Made by a program: the position numbers and the translations under genes. A stretch of 63,499 bases of DNA, the filler included, from Methanobacteriota archaeon (GTDB taxonomy: Archaea; JACRDV01): assembly GCA_024860865.1 (NCBI GenBank). It is 8 parts of 8 records of this genome, joined end to end, with 100 filler letters (N's around TTAATTAATTAA, not from the genome) between each part and the next. Parts side by side here need not be neighbours in the genome. Positions count along the whole stretch, not along the records: positions 1 to 15,028 come from JACRDV010000125.1; 7 more parts are not named here. One strand, given 5' to 3'. The notes beneath the pieces were generated by a model, which was not told where the DNA came from, made no database searches, and saw only the letters and a program-made list of their open reading frames with translations. Position 1 is the stretch's first letter. Every line of letters starts with the position of its first letter. Shown here one piece after another: positions 1 through 9,840 of the stretch.

Positions 1-49
1 CTAAAAAAATTAAACCCATGGATATTAAAAAAATCTGGGAAAAGAAGTT

Positions 50-467
50 ATGATTGTCATAGACTCAAACATTTGGAATTATTATTTCGATGAAACAACC
101 AAAGAAAATAAATTTATAATAAAAGCTTTGGATAAGAGTGTAAAAAAAGAAGAAATAGCTATTAATACTGTTATTTTGATAAAAGTTTCCCATTATCTAG
201 TTAAAAGATTAGGACCAAAAGAGGGTAAATCTAAAATAGAAAAAATTCCTAGAATTGCCTATGAAGATAGTTGATTTAGACTATAATTTAGTTTTGCAAT
301 CTTTAGAATTGTTTTATCAGACTTCGAGTCTAGGAATTGGCGGTAGAGATTCGACAATTCTGGGTACCTTGAAAAAATTGAAGACGAAAAAATTATTTTC
401 ACATGACGACGCTTTTAAAAAGGTAAAATGGGTAAAGGTTTTTGATCCTATACCAAAATTTCATTAA
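50..467 (+). pseudogene. PIN-domain (VapC-like) toxin split by a frameshift
   Basis: IVIDSNIW N-terminus in one ORF and GIGGRDSTI...SHDDAF C-terminus in the next; removing one A from the A-run near 240-245 gives ...KIEKFLELPMKIV. Confidence 0.7.
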
Positions 468-1031
468 TCACTTACTCTTTATAGCTAAAATCAAAGATGT
501 AACAAGAATAATAAGTGTACTTACTGCGTAGCTGTTCTAATTCTAAAAAAATTCTGTTATCCAGCTTAGAAAAACAGATTTCCTACAATGGTGGCTGTGG
601 ATACAAACATAGTGTTTACAGTGTTTCCCCATCAGCTCCTGTGGGAAACTCGCTTTCCAATTCCCTTCAATGGGATTTACTTTTGATTCGTAACTAAAGT
701 TACTCAACGAATATATCCTAGAAAATGACGCAGAACTTTGAAAGGTAGTTGAAAGTGTTGTTGCAGACCATTGTAGACTGCTTGAGTTCAACTCGAGCTT
801 ACCTCGGAGTTGCAACTCTTTTACTGGAAGAGCCAAGGATATGAAACTGACATTCTAATAGAGTGCCTCAAAAATCCATCTCAATGAAAGTGAATACAAA
901 GACAGAATAAGTGAAAAGGACCGAGGCTTACGGGACGGTTATCACACGAGAGAAATTCGAACTTTCAGGAAACACAATCTACATCCACTGGGTACAGGAG
1001 TTTTGCATAACCCTAAAATATAAAAACAATC

Positions 1032-1988
1032 TTAATGATGATAAATCAATGTAGACAAGTGTTTAATCCGCTTGACCATATTTGGGTGTGTGCTAAATAT
1101 TTCCATTATTTTATCAGCTGTGCCGACACGCACAGACTTAGTGCTGAGCGCCATAAGCTCACTTTTATCAATTGTTCCGCTCATGTCTAAGTCAATCTGT
1201 CTTAACTCTTGAATCTCGGTCCTTGCCCTAGAAGGGTCGTTAACAAAGAATGCTTTCAAACCTTCAACTTGTTTTAATGAGTCCTTTGAGGCTTTTGCAC
1301 TTCCATAAACTAGTTTATAAAGAGCGGTAGCAAGGTAATGAGGTTCATTTCCTAATCTAACACTGCCTAGGTCTGCATAGTACTCTCTTATTCGAGAGCC
1401 ATATAGCACGAGAAGATTTGTGATAAAGTAAGCAACAAAAGCTAAGATCCCAATTAACGCGATGTTTCCTCTCCTTTCACCGCGAGCAAATAAAGTGCTG
1501 TAAAAGATATACCAACAAATAGTCGGAACGACGCTAAGCATGGTAATAACAACCATATCTCTGTGTTTCAGGTGAGAGATCTCGTGTCCTAAAACAGCTT
1601 TTAGCTCATCGTTGGTCAATAAATTGAGTATTTTATCAGTAACACAAACTCTAGCATCGCTAGCCCACCTGCCAAAAGCAAAAGCGTTCGGAATTGGGAT
1701 TCTAGCAACCCCGACCTTTGGTTTTGGAATCTTAGCAGAGCGCGATAAATCCTCTACTATCCTATGCAATTCAGGATACTCTTGCTCGGAGACATACTTA
1801 ACTCCCATCGACCAATCAACTAATTTTGGACCAATCATATACTGTATCAGTAGTATAACGGATGCTAGTACTCCATAAAAAAGAAATCCAGAAATGCCGA
1901 TAATTTGAGCTAGAATTGCAACGAGAGCATAAACTATTGCAAACATTAATGCAACGAGTAGGTACAGCCTTATCTGCAACCACATCAA
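1032..1988 (-). CDS. htpX: HtpX zinc metalloprotease (M48)
   Basis: PNAFAFG, GHEISH, SRIREYYAD, STHP motifs; TM segments. Confidence 0.93.
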   Translation of the reverse strand: MMWLQIRLYLLVALMFAIVYALVAILAQIIGISGFLFYGVLASVILLIQYMIGPKLVDWSMGVKYVSEQEYPELHRIVEDLSRSAKIPKPKVGVARIPIPNAFAFGRWASDARVCVTDKILNLLTNDELKAVLGHEISHLKHRDMVVITMLSVVPTICWYIFYSTLFARGERRGNIALIGILAFVAYFITNLLVLYGSRIREYYADLGSVRLGNEPHYLATALYKLVYGSAKASKDSLKQVEGLKAFFVNDPSRARTEIQELRQIDLDMSGTIDKSELMALSTKSVRVGTADKIMEIFSTHPNMVKRIKHLSTLIYHH

Positions 1989-2054
1989 ATATCACCGATA
2001 GATACTATCTATTAAAAGTTATTATAATAGTCTAGTATTTACTTATTAATTTAA

Positions 2055-2450
2055 CTATGGGCTGTCAATTTTTGGAAAATATGGCTTCACGTCAATCACT
2101 GGACTGCCATCTAATGCATCAAGCCATTGAACAATCAATTTATTTTTTTCTCGCTTAATGAGTTTAACTAAACAAAGACAGATTGGGTTCGGTCTTTTTG
2201 GACTTCGAGTTGCGAAGGTCCCCCTTTGCTTTTCAATAACAAATAAATCAGAAATAGCTCTCCCTCGGTCAATTTGATGAGCCCAGTACATAACTATTAA
2301 ATATGGATGTGCTTCAATTCCGTCCAATCCGCGTACAAATTTTTCTTCGATTTGTATCTCTGCTAGCGCAGGCGTGTTTTTTCCTTGTTTTGGGGCTTCC
2401 TCCGGGGTTTTATACGGAGAACGAACTACACCGATTGGGATAATTTCCAC
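2055..2450 (-). CDS. tsaA: TsaA/TrmO-like SAM-binding tRNA methyltransferase
   Basis: PIGVVRSPY, GTFATRSPKRPNPI, LDALDGSPVIDVKPY. Confidence 0.88.
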   Translation of the reverse strand: MEIIPIGVVRSPYKTPEEAPKQGKNTPALAEIQIEEKFVRGLDGIEAHPYLIVMYWAHQIDRGRAISDLFVIEKQRGTFATRSPKRPNPICLCLVKLIKREKNKLIVQWLDALDGSPVIDVKPYFPKIDSP

Positions 2451-2646
2451 TCGAAATACCCTTCTTAAGAATTTAGTTACCTTAGATTTTACAATATTTC
2501 AAAACAACTTTAATCTACTTTTAAGCACTAAAGTATTCACAGTATAAACTTTTTTAAATATTTCTTATAACTTAACATGTTAAAAATATATCACCAATAT
2601 TATTAGGAACTTATCTTTTTAGTAAAATTAAAGAGGAAATCTAAAA

Positions 2647-3288
2647 ATGTTTTTTCCGCTGAGAGATGAAAATCCAAAAGAAACTTTTCCATTTGTTACA
2701 ATTGGGCTGATCATAATTAATGTGGCAATTTTTATACTAACCCTTTTTTCTGGTGAATTTGAGGCCATTGTTAACGAATTTGGAATAAAGCCCGCTCTAT
2801 TCTTAAGAGAATTTAGACCGGAAGTATTCACACTTTTCACATCAATGTTTTTGCACGGTGGAATACTCCATATTGTTGGAAATATGTGGTATCTCTGGAT
2901 TTTTGGGGATAATATAGAGGATAAGTGCGGTCATGTTGGATTTTTAATCTTCTATCTCCTTTCAGGTTTAGCCGCAGCATTTGTGCATATTTGGTTTAAT
3001 CCAAGTTCAATGGTTCCAACGATTGGTGCTTCTGGGGCGATCTCTGGTGTGCTGGGGGCCTATTTTATCCGATTCCCTAGGGCAAAAGTATTAGCGCTAG
3101 TTGTCCTGGTGATTTACATAACAACTATTAAAGTGCCAGCCTTCTTCTTACTCGGGTTTTGGTTTATTTACCAATTTTTGTTTGCGCAATTAAGTGTAAT
3201 AGCAGGAGCAACAAGTATTGCATACTGGGCGCATGTAGGTGGCTTTGTTGCTGGCATACTGCTATTTTTTGTTTTCAGGAGGGGGTGA
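2647..3288 (+). CDS. Rhomboid intramembrane serine protease
   Basis: SMFLHGG.LH..GNM, GASGAISG, AYWAHVGGF. Confidence 0.93.
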   Translation: MFFPLRDENPKETFPFVTIGLIIINVAIFILTLFSGEFEAIVNEFGIKPALFLREFRPEVFTLFTSMFLHGGILHIVGNMWYLWIFGDNIEDKCGHVGFLIFYLLSGLAAAFVHIWFNPSSMVPTIGASGAISGVLGAYFIRFPRAKVLALVVLVIYITTIKVPAFFLLGFWFIYQFLFAQLSVIAGATSIAYWAHVGGFVAGILLFFVFRRG

Positions 3289-3608
3289 GCGTGGCTAATA
3301 TGTCTTTAATTAAATCCCAAAATTTAATTGCTACTTTACAAGCTTATTTTTTCTGAAAAGTCCACATATTTGTCTTTTATATTTCTGGATTCATATTAGG
3401 CAGTAGATTTCATTTGCCATTATATTTTTATATTTCATTTGAAACTATTCATTTAAAAAGCTGTTTCCTGCCGTCAAAACAAAAGCTCTAGATTTAAAGG
3501 CAGTCCTAGATACACAACTAAAATTTTAAAAAAAATTACGGGTTGAAAATTATTAATTGGTAACTATTTTGAAAGTATAAAAGGGAAATCTTTAAAAAAG
3601 ATTAATTA

Positions 3609-4163
3609 TTAAAAAACGGACTCCAAAAAATCAACTTGCCCAGGTGAAAACTCTCCAGGTCTAGTTTTGCCTAAAAGGATGCGCAAGATAATATTCATTA
3701 CTTCTTTAGCAGTTCTTTTCGTTGTATCAATTTCGAAAACTTTCTCTCGTCCGTAATTTTCTACGGCTTCAGAGAGACAAATATCTAAGGCTTCTGCTTC
3801 TATGTTTTCTTTGATTTTTTCTGTTTGGAAACCTTTTTTTATCAACCTTTTTTTGAGTTCTTTAGGATGCGCCCTTAACACTATATTATGAGTAACAATA
3901 TCATTTGGAGCAAAATGAGCAAGGTGTCCATCGATAATTAAATCTTTGTCAATTTTTTTAGCTATTTCTTCAAGTCTTACCTTAAGACTGTCGGTATCCA
4001 CAATTTTGGTCCGGTGTTTTTTGTCCCAGGAAATAAAGAGCTTTTCTTTTTCAACAAGCTCGCTTATATTTACTCTTTCAAAAGAAATTTTTTTAGATAA
4101 TAGTCTTGCAACAGTTGATTTACCAGTACCGGGCGTTCCAGTAATCACAATTACTTTTTTGAT
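3609..4163 (-). CDS. Archaeal AK6/Fap7-type adenylate kinase; start probably upstream of the GTG at 4148
   Basis: ITGTPGTGKST P-loop, DGHLAH, ENIEAE; frame open to an ATC overlapping the argD stop. Confidence 0.88.
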   Translation of the reverse strand: MKKVIVITGTPGTGKSTVARLLSKKISFERVNISELVEKEKLFISWDKKHRTKIVDTDSLKVRLEEIAKKIDKDLIIDGHLAHFAPNDIVTHNIVLRAHPKELKKRLIKKGFQTEKIKENIEAEALDICLSEAVENYGREKVFEIDTTKRTAKEVMNIILRILLGKTRPGEFSPGQVDFLESVF

Positions 4164-5344
4164 TAATGAGCCTCCTGCTCTTTGAAAACTTTATCAAGGA
4201 TTGAAATTGCTTTATCAATATGCTCCTTTTGAACAATAAATGGCGGCACAAACCTGAGAGTTGTATCTGCTGTACAATTAATTAGCAAGCCATTCTCGCG
4301 TGCTAAATCAACAATTTTGTCTCCTTTATAAGCTAGCTCCATTCCAAGAAGTAATCCCAAACCTCTGACTTCTTTTATTGAATTATAACCAAGGACAAGC
4401 TCTTTTAACCTCTCTTTAAAATAGGCTCCGATTTTAGCAACATGATCGATTAATTTTTCTCTTATGATTGTTTCAATAACTGCCTTAGCCACTGCACAAG
4501 CTAGAGGATTGCCGCCAAAGGTGGAGGCATGAGCGCCTGGTTGAAATGAATCGATAATTTCAGTCTTCCCTATAAAAGCTCCAATAGGAAATCCTCCACC
4601 AAATCCCTTTGCAAGTGCTACGATATCTGGTTCAATGCCAAAGTGTTGGAAGGCAAACATTTTTCCAGTACGCCCAATTCCAGTTTGAACTTCATCAAGT
4701 ATCAGCAATACATTATGTTTGTCACAAATTTCGCGCAACTCAACTAAATAACTGCCTGGTGGAACAATTATCCCATGCTCACCTTGTATCGGTTCAACTA
4801 TCACAGCAGCGGTATCGTTGGTTATTGCATTTTCAACTGCTTTTGAATTGCCAAATTGGACGTGCTTAAAGCCAGGAACCAATGGCTCAAAATCTTTTTT
4901 GTATTTTTCTTCTCCTGTTGCAGATAAAGCCCCGAGTGTTCTTCCGTGAAAGGCACCCTCTGTTGCAATAATTTCTTTTTTCTTAGTTGCTTTGCGAGCC
5001 AATTTAATTGCCCCTTCAACAGCTTCGGTTCCAGAATTGCAGATGAAAACCTTGCCTTTGAAAGAATTTTTTATCAAAAGCTCAGCGAGCTCAATTTGAG
5101 GCAAAGTATAGTAAAGATTCGAAGTATGTATTAACTTAGCAGATTGAGCTTTAATGGCTTCAATAACAGCTGGATGCCCGTATCCTAAACAATTAACTGC
5201 TATCCCAGCTACAAAGTCAAGGTACTCTTTTCCCTCAATATCCTTTACAGAAATTCCCCTGCCTCCCACCAAAACAATCGGTTGCCTAGCATAGGTTTGA
5301 GCAATGAAAATTTTTTCTCTCTTAAATATTTCATTAACATACAT
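4163..5344 (-). CDS. argD: Acetylornithine aminotransferase (class III PLP)
   Basis: YLDFVAGIAVNCLG, NSGTEAVEGA, FHGRT, DEVQTG, AKGFGGG. Confidence 0.93.
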   Translation of the reverse strand: MYVNEIFKREKIFIAQTYARQPIVLVGGRGISVKDIEGKEYLDFVAGIAVNCLGYGHPAVIEAIKAQSAKLIHTSNLYYTLPQIELAELLIKNSFKGKVFICNSGTEAVEGAIKLARKATKKKEIIATEGAFHGRTLGALSATGEEKYKKDFEPLVPGFKHVQFGNSKAVENAITNDTAAVIVEPIQGEHGIIVPPGSYLVELREICDKHNVLLILDEVQTGIGRTGKMFAFQHFGIEPDIVALAKGFGGGFPIGAFIGKTEIIDSFQPGAHASTFGGNPLACAVAKAVIETIIREKLIDHVAKIGAYFKERLKELVLGYNSIKEVRGLGLLLGMELAYKGDKIVDLARENGLLINCTADTTLRFVPPFIVQKEHIDKAISILDKVFKEQEAH

Positions 5345-5537
5345 AGTCTTAGAACTCGTTAGAGTAGAATTTAACTTTTTCTAGAAAATCGAGAACCAAA
5401 TTAGCCTATGGAGCAGAATTGTTTCTGGTGATGAACATCTACGGAAGCTGAAGAAATTTTAGATAAATTAAAATCGTAAGCGTTGCGGAGATGTTGGAGA
5501 TTTTGGAAGGTTAGTTCTTAATGTTTATATTTTAAAG

Positions 5538-7177
5538 CTAGCTTGCCGCTGCTCTAACAAATCCATAGAACAATGGCGCTGGTTTTCCAGGTCGTGACTT
5601 GAATTCTGGGTGAAATTGGCTCCCCATCAAAAACTTGTGTCCCGGCAATTCAATAATTTCCATTAGTCGGTCATCTGGACTGGTGCCTGAGAATATAACG
5701 TTATGTTTTTCGAACTCCTTAATATACTCCGGGTTAATTTCAAAACGGTGGCGGTGCCTCTCATAAACTAGCTCTTGTTTGTACAGTTCATAAGCTAAGG
5801 TTCCCCTTTTGATTTTCGCTGGATAAGCCCCTAATCTCATTGTTCCTCCAAGTTCCCTGATTTGTTTCTGTTCTGGAAGTATGTCAATAACTGGGTGAGG
5901 TGTTTTTGGATCGAGCTCAGTTGAATTGGCTCCATTTAACCCCAACATATTTCTAGCAATTTCTACAGCTGCGAGTTGCATGCCAAAACAAATTCCTAAG
6001 TACGGAACATTATGTTCACGAGAATATTTAGCTGCTAAAATTTTTCCCTCTGTACCTCTAACGCCAAAACCAGGCCCTATTAAAATGCCCTGAGCTGTTT
6101 TTAGCAACTCAATATTTTTCGGGTCGATTTCAAGTTGTTCAGCTTCAACCCATTTTATTCTAACTCTGCAACCAACCTCAGCTCCGGCATGTTTGAGTGC
6201 TTCAAGAATACTTATATAAGAGTCAGCTAAGGCTGTATATTTTCCAACAAATGCAATTTCAATTTCTTTCCTTGCTTTATCCATTTTATTTACAAAATTT
6301 TCTAAATCCGAAAGATCTCTTTTCTGTGAGGTAAGAGTTAATTTTTCTAGGATCGCATCTCCAACTCTTTCCTTTTCGAGAATTAGCGGGACTTTATAGA
6401 TATTATCGGTATCGGGCGCAGAGACAACAGCTCTCTCCTCAACATTACAAAAGAGGCTAATTTTTGCCTTAGCGCCTCTAGTCAATTTTTCCTTTGCCCG
6501 GCAGATAACTACATCGGGCTGAATACCGATTGCTCTAAGCTCTTTTACACTGTGTTGAGTGGGTTTTGTTTTCTGTTCACCGACTACATCTAATACAGGC
6601 ACTAAAGTTACGTGAACAAAAGCAACATTTTTGGGCCCGTCTTCAAGCCGCATTTGGCGCACAGCTTCAAGAAATGGCATGCTTTCAATGTCACCGACAG
6701 TGCCCCCAATCTCTACTAAAACTACATCCACATTTGATTTCTCAGCAACCTCTCTAATCTGGTGCTTAATCTCATCAGTTAAGTGCGGAACAATTTGAAC
6801 AGTTTGCCCTAGATAGTTACCGCGTCGTTCCTTTTCGATTACTACCTTGTAAACTTTTCCTGTTGTTATATTGTGGGCTCTAGTTAGATTAACATCAAGA
6901 AAGCGTTCATAATGCCCTACATCTAGGTCAATCTCTCCGCCATCATCTGTTACAAAAACCTCTCCATGTTGAAAGGGATTCATAGTACCTGCATCAACGT
7001 TTAAGTTTACCCTTAGCTTTTCGCTAATATGGGTCTATTTTGATGACGGTTACCATGAGGCCTCTCGATTGGAGAATTTTTCCGATGGATGCGGTAGTGA
7101 TTCCTATAGGCCCAACTAATTGGTTTGCCTAGACCACTCATCACACCACCGGTAACAAAAATGTATTTAACCGCCTT
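5538..7177 (-). CDS. pyrG: CTP synthase, predicted spliced: exons ~7177-7125, 7105-7029, 7006-5538 (start codon uncertain)
   Basis: Joined exons read [23 protein letters not shown]...[21 protein letters not shown]; glutaminase motifs GICFG and HPE intact. Confidence 0.95.
7007..7028 (-). other. Putative 22-nt BHB mRNA intron 2 in pyrG
   Basis: ACCC-AUA-UUAGC-GAAAA-GCUAA-GGGU-AAA; canonical cuts restore D-P-Y-L-N. Confidence 0.88.
7106..7124 (-). other. Putative 19-nt BHB mRNA intron 1 in pyrG
   Basis: AGGC-AAA-CCAA-UUAG-UUGG-GCCU-AUA; canonical cuts restore G-K-G. Confidence 0.88.
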
Positions 7178-7285
7178 GATTCCCTCCTAACGCCGCAATG
7201 TTTAGCAATTACTTTTCTTAAATACTTTTACTTTTAATAATACTTTGGCTTTTAGCTAGCTTCTTCTTTTGCGCTTTTTTGCTAC

Positions 7286-7405
7286 TTATGAAAATCCTGA
7301 TTCGCTGTGTATACAGTTAGCGCATATCTCCTCTCTTGGAACAGGCTCAAATTCTTTACAGCTATCCCTTAATCCAACTATCTTATCAAATTTCTTGCAC
7401 TTCAT
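7286..7405 (-). CDS. Possible 39-aa Cys-rich small protein
   Basis: MKCKKFDK...SCKEFEP...ICANCIHS after a G-rich SD-like sequence. Confidence 0.4.
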   Translation of the reverse strand: MKCKKFDKIVGLRDSCKEFEPVPREEICANCIHSESGFS

Positions 7406-7850
7406 CAAATCCCCCCTTTATAAGTAATTTTACTTCAACTAAAGGATTAAATAATTTCTAAAGTTTTTGCGTTTTATGCTAAGTATTTTTGCTCTTAGAT
7501 TTGAAGCAAATGCTGTTTTTAATATGCTCCCCAAAAAAATAAAAACTAAAACGAAAACAGCTTTCCCTTTAAATAGTGAAGTTTTAGGAAATGATTGTTA
7601 TGCTTTGCAATGTGCTCTTTAAGTTGTTGAAGCAATTTCAATATTAAATTTAGGTCTAAATTATTTAAGTTACTCCAACTTCATTGTTTTCAATGGATAC
7701 CAAAAGTTTTAAACATTTTAAATCCTCAGTTTGGAGCTTTATTTTGGTTTATTGAAGTTTCGAGAAATACTCGTCATTATTGCTCAAAAGTTTTAATAAT
7801 GTGATGGCGAAAAATACACTCCTTGCTCTATATTTGTTCCTAAAAAAGGT

Positions 7851-8876
7851 GTGAGAATGAGTTGCACGGTTGTTGTTGACGGGTTTTATGGCGATACTGG
7901 CAAGGGAAAAATTGTAAGTTTTCTTAGCATCGTAGACAAACCAGCTATAGTAACAAGGACTGGAGGACCGAATGCTGGGCATTCGATAGAATATGGCGGT
8001 AAAAGGTATAAGCTGAGGATAATTCCTTCTGCCTTCATTTATGAAAAAGCTCAATTGTTATTAGCGCCTGGAGCTCTTGTAAATCTTAAGATATTTTTTG
8101 AAGAAATGGAGATAACAAATACTAAAGGAAGAGTCTGGTTAGATAAGCAAACTGGAATCATAGAGTCAAAACATATTGAAGAAGAAAAGACCTCAAGTCA
8201 CTTGATGGGTAAAATAGGCAGCACTGGAAGCGGATGTGGAGCAGCTCAGGCAGATAGGGTCTACAGAAAACTTAAACTAGCCAAAGACTTTCCCGAACTT
8301 AAAGAGCATATCACTGATGTTCCGCTTAAGATGGCTGAAGCTTTGGATAAAGGAGATGTTGTGATAGTAGAGGGGACTCAGGGAACATATCTGTCTTTTT
8401 ACCATGGCAGCTACCCTTGGTGCACTTCAAAAGATGTCACAGCCTCAGGAGTTTGTTCAGAAGCAGGAATAGGTCCAACTGAGGTTGACGATGTAATATT
8501 AGTATTGAAATCATTTGTTACTCGCGTTGGTGAAGGACCACTAGAGGGGGAGCTATCCCCAGAGGAAGCGCTCAAACGCGGCTGGGCTGAAATAGCTACG
8601 GTGACTGGAAGAGCACGTCGAGCAGCACCATTTAATTATGAACTAGCCAAGCGTGCTGTAATTCTCAATGGAGCTACACAAATAGCATTGACAAAAATAG
8701 ATATTCTATATCCTGAGTGTTTTGGAGCTACTAAATATGAGCAGCTCAGCAGTGGAGCTAAGAAATTTATAGAAAGTATAGAAAACAAACTCAAAATTCC
8801 TGTTACCATAATTGGCACTGGACCAAATACTCTGCATTCAATAGACTTAAGAAAAGAAAAAATATATCAGTCATAA
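7851..8876 (+). CDS. purA: Adenylosuccinate synthetase (short archaeal type)
   Basis: GDTGKGK, GGPNAGH, EGTQG, TVTGRARR. Confidence 0.95.
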   Translation: MRMSCTVVVDGFYGDTGKGKIVSFLSIVDKPAIVTRTGGPNAGHSIEYGGKRYKLRIIPSAFIYEKAQLLLAPGALVNLKIFFEEMEITNTKGRVWLDKQTGIIESKHIEEEKTSSHLMGKIGSTGSGCGAAQADRVYRKLKLAKDFPELKEHITDVPLKMAEALDKGDVVIVEGTQGTYLSFYHGSYPWCTSKDVTASGVCSEAGIGPTEVDDVILVLKSFVTRVGEGPLEGELSPEEALKRGWAEIATVTGRARRAAPFNYELAKRAVILNGATQIALTKIDILYPECFGATKYEQLSSGAKKFIESIENKLKIPVTIIGTGPNTLHSIDLRKEKIYQS

Positions 8877-9041
8877 AATTATTGAATCTTTTTAGTAAAA
8901 AAGAGAAGATTTACTTTCTCCAGCGTGCTTTGCACCAATATATGTACTGTTTGAGGGACATAGGAGTAAGTTAAGGACTAAGTTCTTCTTCCTACTCTAG
9001 AGGAAAACCTTTAGTTTTTCCATCGTTGTTCATTGATCTAA

Positions 9042-9248
9042 GTGCGAAAATATTACTCAGTGTATTTCCTTTTAAAATTATGGAATGATGATGTGTTAAA
9101 AGTGATAAAAGAGGGTAACCGGATTATGGAAGGTAAAGTCAAGAATAGGTTTGTGGCAAAAACCAAAAAAAGCACAATAGTGGTAATCTGCGCTAAATAC
9201 CCTGATCGAATACAGGTCATAACAATAAATAAAGGAGGTGAAAATTGA
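9042..9248 (+). CDS. DUF4258-like toxin, N-terminus probably lost
   Basis: C-terminal VVIC..YPD.IQVITI and coupling to a downstream Zn-finger gene. Confidence 0.4.
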   Translation: MRKYYSVYFLLKLWNDDVLKVIKEGNRIMEGKVKNRFVAKTKKSTIVVICAKYPDRIQVITINKGGEN

Positions 9249-9571
9249 TGAAGTGCTATAATTGCAATGTTGGGCTTGAAAAGGCAAAAACAAATTTTGA
9301 GTATCAGGGAGTCATAATTCCTGACATGCCCTGCCTCAAATGTCCAAAATGTGGAGAGAAGCTTTTCAGTCCTGAAGAAGTCCGCTATGTCAGAGAACGC
9401 TTGGCCGGGTTGCTTCCACGGATAAAGTATACTCGTAAGATTAGTAAAGCAGGTAATAGGCCAGTTCTATATTTGCCAGAAAATCTAATTAAATTTATGA
9501 ACTTGAAAGTGAGGGAAGAGGTCACAGTATATCCCGAAGGTAAGAAGCGAATAGTCATAGAAATGACCTAA
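9245..9571 (+). CDS. YgiT/MqsA-type Zn finger fused to an AbrB-like domain (antitoxin)
   Basis: CxxC...CxKCGE; RKISKAGN..LYLP. Confidence 0.75.
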   Translation: MMKCYNCNVGLEKAKTNFEYQGVIIPDMPCLKCPKCGEKLFSPEEVRYVRERLAGLLPRIKYTRKISKAGNRPVLYLPENLIKFMNLKVREEVTVYPEGKKRIVIEMT

Positions 9572-9840
9572 AAACCTTATTTTTTGAGATTAATTAAGCT
9601 GCTATTCCATAACCTATTCCTGTATGGGATAACCACTCCACTCGATAATTGTACACCAATGTTGAAAAGCAGGAAATATACTAATCTTATAATCCGATGT
9701 AAGCTTGTTATCTGCCGCCTAATATCAAATTGTTTGGTGCATATACTAAACTAGGTCGCTCCCACTATAAATGGGGTGATCTACTCAACTTACCTAAACT
9801 TTATATTACAATAAAAAAAATTTTTGCCACATCAAAAAAA

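Noticed and set aside
236-250. Intron explaining the split PIN gene
   Set aside because: A single extra A in a homopolymer with no BHB; ordinary frameshift or error.
515-836. Short overlapping ORFs after the PIN pseudogene
   Set aside because: No recognisable motifs; the same applies to the many antisense ORFs inside well-supported genes.
7007-7124. pyrG as a pseudogene or sequencing error
   Set aside because: Both inserts are precise BHB structures that restore invariant residues, and the rest of the gene shows no decay.
7178-7215. A third pyrG intron that would create an ATG
   Set aside because: No BHB geometry found, and a TATA-like element close upstream leaves little room.
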